Part shown: one piece after another, positions 49,618 to 55,760 of the stretch | How positions within the stretch are numbered: position 1 is the first letter of the stretch | Layout of the letters: each line of letters begins with the position of its first letter | Assembly (NCBI GenBank): GCA_051819805.1 | Contig: JBNJHD010000004.1 | Location: forward strand, 1-55,760 | Length of the DNA: 55,760 nucleotides | Direction: 5' to 3' | Source: Nanobdellota archaeon | Lineage (GTDB): Archaea > Nanobdellota > Nanobdellia > Woesearchaeales > SKGA01 | Notes under the pieces: model-generated | What the model saw: only the letters and a program-made list of their open reading frames with translations | Databases searched by the model: none | What the model was told of the DNA's origin: nothing | Position numbers and translations under genes: made by a program

Positions 49618-49941
49618 TCAAGAGTAATCTCGCCAAGTATAATCGCACTTCTCGCATTTGAAGAATTTCGTTTCCGGCTCATCACCTGCGCGAGTCTGTT
49701 TCAGCCAATAATATGCTTTATCGTGACCGCATTTCGGACACTCAGCATCCGTGAGAGGGTGGACTGCAACGCTGTTCTTATCAACCACTTCAATTTCGTT
49801 GTTTTTCTGCTCGACAGCCTCTGAAATCTTAGCTTCATCTTCTTTGAGCTTGCCAGTATAACCGCAACTGCAGTATTTCACTGGTTTTCCTTTTTGTTGT
49901 TTTGTTTTGAGTAAGGATCCACATTTGGGGCAGAACATCAT
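49618..49941 (-). CDS. tfs: Transcription factor S (TFS/RpoM family)
   Basis: MFCPKCG, CPKCG, QTRAGDEPET.FF.C..C...WR. Confidence 0.93.
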   Translation of the reverse strand: MMFCPKCGSLLKTKQQKGKPVKYCSCGYTGKLKEDEAKISEAVEQKNNEIEVVDKNSVAVHPLTDAECPKCGHDKAYYWLKQTRAGDEPETKFFKCEKCDYTWRDYS

Positions 49942-50052
49942 TGTAATAATCACCTTGAACCGAATACCGAAAACGATGTATATATGTGTTTTAAAAAGTT
50001 TTCGAAAGAAAATTTATCCGAAAAAAAATAATGAAAGTAATTGAAAGGAAGT

Positions 50053-50334
50053 TCAACCCATCGCGAGATCCATGTTAGCGACTTCTGCAATATTGACTCC
50101 TTCTATGTTCGCCATTTCGGCAGTCACTTCGTCGAAGTCCTTCTCATCGCTCATATCATACATCCCGTAGATAAGAATCTGCTTGAGACCGAAAGCTACT
50201 GGTTCGATTTTTGATTGCAGTTCTCCTTTCGCTCCGTGTTTTTGAGCGATGACAAGAGCCTTCTCTTTAATCGGATCAAGATCCGTATCCGGTGATTCCG
50301 GCATGATTTTGAATGTTACGATTGCGTTTCCCAT
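50053..50334 (-). CDS. ef1b: Elongation factor 1-beta
   Basis: KIMPESPDTDL, EPVAFGLK. Confidence 0.93.
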   Translation of the reverse strand: MGNAIVTFKIMPESPDTDLDPIKEKALVIAQKHGAKGELQSKIEPVAFGLKQILIYGMYDMSDEKDFDEVTAEMANIEGVNIAEVANMDLAMG

Positions 50335-50436
50335 TATAACCTACCTGTTCATAGTCGTTAGAATTGTCTTCCTCTCATATCAGCAGTATAGCGAGTCAAT
50401 ACATTGTCAAGAGGAATGAAAACTGTAAATCACTTG

Positions 50437-50610
50437 TTAATTAGGTCCTGTGAAACCACATGCAGGACAAGTGTATTTTACGACGATCTCTCTTGAAGCC
50501 CTTGTCCTATATATCGTGTGTTTACCACAGCTAGGACATGGAAACGATGTTGACCCGTCATCATTTGACAGAGGAGTATGTGTTGCAGTATCATATTCGA
50601 TTGTTGCCAT
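50437..50610 (-). CDS. Zn-ribbon protein, DUF1610/HVO_2753 family (57 aa; not in the ORF track)
   Basis: F.CPSCG...I.R...R.....Y.CPACGFTGP; usual position upstream of EF-1beta. Confidence 0.88.
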   Translation of the reverse strand: MATIEYDTATHTPLSNDDGSTSFPCPSCGKHTIYRTRASREIVVKYTCPACGFTGPN

Positions 50611-50664
50611 TATAAGGCGCGAGAAATAGCAGATTATTTATAAAGCTTTGGTCAGGAGGACAGT

Positions 50665-51288
50665 TCAGGTAATAGAAAACAGTTGTTCTTTCTTTTCCAC
50701 GAGCTTCGATAATCGATCTATCTGGCTCTTGACAGCCTCATACTGATGGTCATCCACTCCTTTCGCTTTTCTGATGAGTTCCAACTTCCTCTCAAGATAA
50801 TCGAGTTGTGTCTTGAGAATAGAGAGTTCATGTGAAGGAGCATCATGGGATGTGGAAGCTGATTTTTGTGAAGATGAATTACGTGTAGCAGGATGAATTC
50901 TTTCTTGAGACAGATGATGTGCTCTTCGCGTAGTGGTCTTCAGAGTGTGCGCGATAGATGAGTGGCTTGATTTCTTTCCGTTTTCCATGAAAGTGTCAAG
51001 CGTTTGCACATAACCGTCGAGTTTCGTGTGCATTGATTGTATAGCGTTTTCTAGGTGCCTCTTGTGACGTTTCTTCTCAATAATATCTCTGGCAAGCTTC
51101 TTGAGAATTTCATCTCTCGTGTGCTTTTCACGATAGCGCTTCACTCTTCGTGTATTCCTGTGAGAAAGCGAGGCTGTTGATGTTAATTCTTGAGATCCGG
51201 ACTTATTACTGATCATAGGTCTCAAATCAATATCTTGCGCTCCCCGTGCAAGTGCGATGAAGAGTTGTCGTGCGAAAAAAGAGTTCAT
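50665..51288 (-). CDS. Hypothetical basic coiled-coil protein
   Basis: 207-aa ORF; ATGA overlap with upstream gene. Confidence 0.7.
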   Translation of the reverse strand: MNSFFARQLFIALARGAQDIDLRPMISNKSGSQELTSTASLSHRNTRRVKRYREKHTRDEILKKLARDIIEKKRHKRHLENAIQSMHTKLDGYVQTLDTFMENGKKSSHSSIAHTLKTTTRRAHHLSQERIHPATRNSSSQKSASTSHDAPSHELSILKTQLDYLERKLELIRKAKGVDDHQYEAVKSQIDRLSKLVEKKEQLFSIT

Positions 51289-52121
51289 TTTCTGAATAAT
51301 CCACTTTTTTTCTTCTTCTCATGTGTTGACGGTGGTGGAGGAGGAAGATCCATATGAGAATCCGCATCATTTCCATATCCCGATGGAGCTGAATTCTGCG
51401 AAGCAGGACCTGACCGAGCGGCACCCTGATTCTGGTTCGGCGGAGGAGGAATGCCTGAACCCTGCGGGGCAGAATCCTGTACATCACTCCCTAGACCCTG
51501 ATTTTGAGCTGGTGATGATATACGTGTTCCCTGCGGAACTGATCCCTGCGCATCATTTCCATATCCTGACTGAGCAGGACTTTGATTGGCCTTACCTTGA
51601 TTCTGTTGGTTTCCCATACCTGGTTGCGGCATCCCCTGCGCATTCAATCCTTGTGGATACTGTCGGGACGAACCGTGGCCTTCTGGAACAGAACTTTGTA
51701 ACCCGTTCACAGCTCCCTGGAAAGCAGAATTCTGCTGTCCGATTGCACCTTGTGGAGTTGTATCTTGACCATTCCCTTCTTGCTGATTTTTCAACATCTT
51801 CGCTACAGCAACGATCCCTTGAGCTATTTTCTCGTTCTGCGAAGAAATCTGACTGAAGTGATCGTGGAGCGAATGTTTCGTGAAATCCTCAATCATACTC
51901 GTCTTTACCGAAGAGAATAACTTGAGTAGCTTATTGATAGAGTCAGTAAGTTGGTTCATCGATCCTATGAGATCTTCAGAATCATGATACTTACCAAGAG
52001 GATTACGCTTTACAGCCTCCACTTCCTTGCGGAGCTTCTCAAGTTCTTCATGTGGCAAAAGCTCATAATCATTATCTTCTTGTAAATTCTCGCCCTTTTC
52101 TTCTTCGTAAGACACCATCAC
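51285..52121 (-). CDS. Hypothetical protein, helical N-terminus and Q/G/S/P-rich repetitive tail
   Basis: YELLPH.E..KL..EV..VK.NP start; SGYGNDA twice; poly-Pro followed by KKKKSGLF end. Confidence 0.75.
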   Translation of the reverse strand: MMVSYEEEKGENLQEDNDYELLPHEELEKLRKEVEAVKRNPLGKYHDSEDLIGSMNQLTDSINKLLKLFSSVKTSMIEDFTKHSLHDHFSQISSQNEKIAQGIVAVAKMLKNQQEGNGQDTTPQGAIGQQNSAFQGAVNGLQSSVPEGHGSSRQYPQGLNAQGMPQPGMGNQQNQGKANQSPAQSGYGNDAQGSVPQGTRISSPAQNQGLGSDVQDSAPQGSGIPPPPNQNQGAARSGPASQNSAPSGYGNDADSHMDLPPPPPSTHEKKKKSGLFRK

Positions 52122-52279
52122 TCACTCTCTTTTCAAACAGCGCTTCAGAGCGCTTATGTAGTAAAAAGACATGAAGAAGAACATATATAAAGCTTATGTC
52201 ACACCTCTTAAGTAGAATATGAAAAATAATTTAAACAGAAATACATTCTCATATCTTGTAGTTTAGGAGGAATAAAGCC

Positions 52280-53881
52280 ATGCCATCACAACAACGAAAT
52301 CAGGATCGCTTGCTTAACGAAGATACTCAACGCAGTCAGGGACGTAGTGCACAACAGATGAACCTTCTCGCTGCAAAGCTTGTCGGGGAGACAGTACGCA
52401 CTACACTCGGACCGCAGGGTATGGATAAGATGATTGTTGATGCACTGGGTGAAGTGACCATTTCTAATGATGGAGCGACCATCCTTCGTGAGATGAACAT
52501 TGAGCATCCTACTGCCAAGATGGTTGTTGAAGTCGCCAAGACACAGGAAGAAGAAGTCGGCGATGGCACAACAACCGCTGTCGTTCTCGCAGGAGAACTG
52601 CTCAGGCAGGCTGAAGAACTTCTCGAGCAGAACATCCATCCTACCATGATCATTAAAGGATACCAGACTGCAGCTACTATTGCTCAACGAATACTTTATA
52701 ACATGAGTGACGAAGTCACGACTAAAGATTTCAAGATACTTAAGAAACTGGCAATGACCGCTATGACAGGTAAAGTCGCTGAAAGCGGTAAAGAACATCT
52801 GGCTGATATCGTTGTCAAGGCCCTCCAGATTGTCAGTGAGGAAAATACTCCTCGTCTCAAGAACATCTCTATCGAACGCAAAGTAGGTTCTTCCATCCAT
52901 AATACTGAGCTTATCAACGGCATCGTCCTTGATAAGGAGAAAGTGAAAAGCGACATGCCTTCTACAGTGCAGAAAGCGAAGATCGCTCTCATCGATTCTC
53001 CTCTGGAGATCCAATCTACTGAAACTGATGCTAAGATTTCGATTACCGATCCTGAAAAATACCAGTCATTCCTTGACATGGAAGAAGACATGCTTCGCAA
53101 GATGGTCAATCGCATCGCTAAAAGCGGCGCGAATGTCGTGTTCTGCCAGAAAGGCATTGATGATGTCGTCCAATATCTTCTTGCAAAGCGCGGCATCTAC
53201 GCTTGTCGTCGTGTGAAACGTTCTGATCTGGCAAGCTTGTCAAAAGCTACTGGTGCTACTATCATCACGAACGTCAACGATCTTGAAGAGCGGCACTTAG
53301 GAAAAGCAGGTCTTGTAGAAGAAGTTTCTATAGGCGATGAGTCCATGACATTCATCAGGGAGTGCAAGAACCCTAAAGCAGTCACTATCCTGGTCCGTGC
53401 GACGACCGAACATGTTGTTGATGAAGTCAAACGTGCAGTGGACGATGCTCTCGGTAACGTCAATTCCGCCTTGAAAGCGAAACGAATCGTTGGTGGCAGT
53501 GGAGCTTCAGAGATTGAACTCTCACGAAACCTCGCTAGTTACGCGCAAAAGCTTTCTGGTAAAGAACAATTGGCAGTCGCAGCATTCGCAAAAGCCATGG
53601 AAATAATCCCTAAAACCCTTTCAGAAAATGCAGGTCTTGATCCTGTTGACATGATTGCTGATCTCAAGGCAGCTCATGATAAGGGTCAAAAGTGGGCTGG
53701 TATCGACGTGTTCACAGGCAAGATCTTCGATGCTGCCAAGAAAGGCATTGTCGAACCGCTTCCTATCAAGACGCAAGCGGTGGCCAGCGCTAGTGATGTC
53801 GCTATGATGATACTGCGCATTGATGATGTCATCATCTCATCTCCTGAACAACAGGGAAAACCGCCAGCATATGAAGAATAA
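52280..53881 (+). CDS. ths: Thermosome (group II chaperonin) subunit
   Basis: [38 protein letters not shown]. Confidence 0.96.
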   Translation: MPSQQRNQDRLLNEDTQRSQGRSAQQMNLLAAKLVGETVRTTLGPQGMDKMIVDALGEVTISNDGATILREMNIEHPTAKMVVEVAKTQEEEVGDGTTTAVVLAGELLRQAEELLEQNIHPTMIIKGYQTAATIAQRILYNMSDEVTTKDFKILKKLAMTAMTGKVAESGKEHLADIVVKALQIVSEENTPRLKNISIERKVGSSIHNTELINGIVLDKEKVKSDMPSTVQKAKIALIDSPLEIQSTETDAKISITDPEKYQSFLDMEEDMLRKMVNRIAKSGANVVFCQKGIDDVVQYLLAKRGIYACRRVKRSDLASLSKATGATIITNVNDLEERHLGKAGLVEEVSIGDESMTFIRECKNPKAVTILVRATTEHVVDEVKRAVDDALGNVNSALKAKRIVGGSGASEIELSRNLASYAQKLSGKEQLAVAAFAKAMEIIPKTLSENAGLDPVDMIADLKAAHDKGQKWAGIDVFTGKIFDAAKKGIVEPLPIKTQAVASASDVAMMILRIDDVIISSPEQQGKPPAYEE

Positions 53882-53973
53882 TCCTTCCAAAGATGTTTTT
53901 ATAGCTCTCAGTAGGTGAGTTCGATAAAACTTATAAACATATTTTTTGTTATCTTATTTTGAGTTGATACTCT

Positions 53974-54591
53974 ATGAAAAAGACACTTCTAGTCCACTAT
54001 CTCCCTCGTAAGAAGGATTCTAACACAAGACGGCTTGTTGACGAGTTCAAAAAGCATGTGAAAGGAGAACTTGAGGAAGTCGATCTGACAACCACTGTTC
54101 CGGACATGTTCATCGAGAAGAATCTGAAAGCATATTTCAAGCGCGACTATATGGGTAAAACGCTCTCTCCTTCCGAAAAAAAGCTATTGAGCAGAATGGA
54201 TAAATTTGCGAGACAGATAACAAAAGCTGATGTGATCGCCTTGGCGTATCCGATGTTCAATTTCTCTATTCCTGCGATTGTCAAGGCATATCTTGATTCC
54301 ATCGCTCTCAAGGGAAAGACATGGGATGATAGCGAAGAAGGTATTTATGGAATGCTTGAAGGCAAGAAAGCAATTATCTTGACAACTAGCGGCGGCACAT
54401 ACACTGACGTTGACGGCACTGTTGTCGAGTATTCGACCACGCTCGCCTCGACAATCTTCGGATTCCTCGGTATAGAGGATATTGAGAGTGTCAAGGCCGA
54501 AGGAATGTATTTCTATCCGAAGCAGCAGGAGATGATAATCAAGAAGGCCATGGCGAAGATCCCTATCGTTGCTGGTCGTTGGTATAAGTAG
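53974..54591 (+). CDS. azoR: FMN-dependent NADH azoreductase / NAD(P)H oxidoreductase (flavodoxin_2 fold)
   Basis: PR..SNT, YPMFNFSIPA.VKAYLD.I...GKT, TSGG.Y, FLGI. Confidence 0.82.
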   Translation: MKKTLLVHYLPRKKDSNTRRLVDEFKKHVKGELEEVDLTTTVPDMFIEKNLKAYFKRDYMGKTLSPSEKKLLSRMDKFARQITKADVIALAYPMFNFSIPAIVKAYLDSIALKGKTWDDSEEGIYGMLEGKKAIILTTSGGTYTDVDGTVVEYSTTLASTIFGFLGIEDIESVKAEGMYFYPKQQEMIIKKAMAKIPIVAGRWYK

Positions 54592-54630
54592 ATCCTGTTC
54601 ATTGAACATATATCCAGAGGTGATTGTTTC

Positions 54631-55038
54631 ATGCAACGCTCATTCGAGATATCAACTGACACTCGCGAGAAGCTTTATGATGTGACTGATCATGTCAAGC
54701 GTATCTTGAACGAAAGCAGTGTCAAGGAAGGCAGTGTTCACGTGTACGTGAGAGGTGCTACTGCTGCTATCATGATCCAGGAGAATTGGGATGAGAGCGT
54801 GCAGACCGATGTTATCAACGTTCTGCAGAAAATCGCTCCTCGCGACGTGTGGCTTCATGATCGTCAGGACGGCAACGGTGATTCCCACTTGAAAGCAGGA
54901 CTTATCGGTCCCAGCGAGACGATTCCCATCATCGACAGCGATCTCGGCCTCTCCACATGGCAGAACATTTTCTTGTGCGAATTCGACGGCCCGAGGGAGA
55001 GTAGAGAAATCGTTGTCACGATAACGAATTCTAAATGA
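54631..55038 (+). CDS. yjbQ: YjbQ/UPF0047 family protein
   Basis: TAAI.IQEN, H...DGN.DSHLK, L.LSTWQ.I..CEFDGPR. Confidence 0.9.
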   Translation: MQRSFEISTDTREKLYDVTDHVKRILNESSVKEGSVHVYVRGATAAIMIQENWDESVQTDVINVLQKIAPRDVWLHDRQDGNGDSHLKAGLIGPSETIPIIDSDLGLSTWQNIFLCEFDGPRESREIVVTITNSK

Positions 55039-55111
55039 AGAAAAGCAAAAGCGTAGCTTTTAAAAATAGTCTTGTTCTCCCTGGTGAAGATTCGCAAGAA
55101 TCATTTTTTAG

Positions 55112-55259
55112 TGCCACGGTCGCATACTCGAAAACATTTGTTTTCGGTCGCGCACGTGTATTCATTACAATCATGCCACGGTCGCATACACGACGAAAAA
55201 ATTACGTCTGGTAGGCGACCGGGAACAAAAAGCACACTTTTTAGTGCCACGGTCGCATA
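55112..55259 (+). repeat. Three direct copies of TGCCACGGTCGCATA; the third is the 5' end of tRNA-Ser
   Basis: Exact 15-mers at 55112, 55174 and 55245; spacers of 47 and 56 nt. Confidence 0.9.
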
Positions 55260-55381
55260 ATCCGGTATTGCGCCGGCCTTGAGCGACGGATGAACAATCT
55301 TTGATTGTTATCGAGGTTTGACCTCACGTCCAAAACAGCCGGTTCCTCCGGGAATTCCCGGTTCAAATCCGGGCCGTGGCG
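55246..55381 (+). tRNA. tRNA-Ser(TGA) with 53-nt intron at position 37/38 (55284-55336)
   Basis: Acceptor GCCACGG/CCGTGGC plus G73; anticodon stem CCGGC/GCCGG with CT-TGA-G; long variable arm; T arm CCCGG-TTCAAAT-CCGGG; relaxed BHB; CCA not encoded. Confidence 0.9.
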
Positions 55382-55433
55382 CTTTATCTTATTCTTACGA
55401 GATTGAGGACTTTCTTCGAGTTGGATTTGAACC

Positions 55434-55555
55434 TCCAGTTCATGTTCGGCACTGAAGTGCCGACAGCCTTCGTATGACTCAGGCAATCCGGGCCGCATTA
55501 AGCTTGCCTTAATGCCCAGCATGATTTTGTCTCAAAATTATGTGCGGTGGCGCTT
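55434..55555 (+). repeat. Interrupted copy of the tRNA-Ser 3' end
   Basis: TCCAGTTCA [42 nt] AATCCGGGCC [52 nt] GTGGCGCTT versus tRNA CCCGGTTCAAATCCGGGCCGTGGCGCTT. Confidence 0.75.
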
Positions 55556-55661
55556 CATTTTTCTATGAAGCGGCATTCAGTGAATCTCCGATTCGAACGT
55601 GGTGGCGGCCTTCAAGAAGGAAAGCAATACACTTTGTTTGGAGAAAAAACATCACAATGAC

Positions 55662-55760
55662 TCACAACAGCACGTTCCAGATTATCACTCCGATCGCTAT
55701 GAACAGCCCCAGTATCATCATGATGTCAGCTGCCGTGAGCGCGTAGAACATCAGCACCTG
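55662..55760 (-). CDS. C-terminus of a membrane protein (partial at window edge)
   Basis: QVLMFYALTAADIMMILGLFIAIGVIIWNVLL*; hydrophobic. Confidence 0.5.
   Translation of the reverse strand, partial: QVLMFYALTAADIMMILGLFIAIGVIIWNVLL

Noticed and set aside
55112-55259. CRISPR array
   Set aside because: Repeats are only 15 bp (22 bp for two of them), are identical to the tRNA 5' end, spacers are uneven and no cas genes occur in the window.
55246-55381. tRNA-Sec or opal suppressor
   Set aside because: The anticodon is TGA (reads UCA, Ser), not TCA; the 7-bp acceptor stem and G73 fit Ser.

Overview
Archaeal chromosomal segment, most consistent with a DPANN (Woesearchaeota-like) genome. This assignment is inferred from archaeal ribosomal proteins (eS17, uL11, eL21, eL15, eL31, eL39, eS19), Alba, Cbf5, class I CCA enzyme, Rpo4, TFS, aEF-1beta, Dph2, thermosome, TTTATAAA-type promoters, and large acidic surface and pilin-like proteins. 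It also encodes central carbon enzymes (eno, glgP, ppdK, pyk), repair genes (uvrC, photolyase) and several bacterial-type genes. The most unusual items are: (1) an intron-containing tRNA-Ser(TGA) flanked by partial copies of itself, each broken by short hairpin cassettes of intron-like architecture; (2) an archaeal secreted protein with a Bacteroidota T9SS type A C-terminal sorting domain and a Gln after the signal peptide; (3) a 163-bp MITE in two copies with 14-bp TIRs and 8-bp TSDs; (4) a synonymously recoded duplicate of the glgP 3' end; (5) several candidate structured RNAs, including leaders of rpl15e and rps19e. All calls are by eye from sequence motifs; no searches were run.
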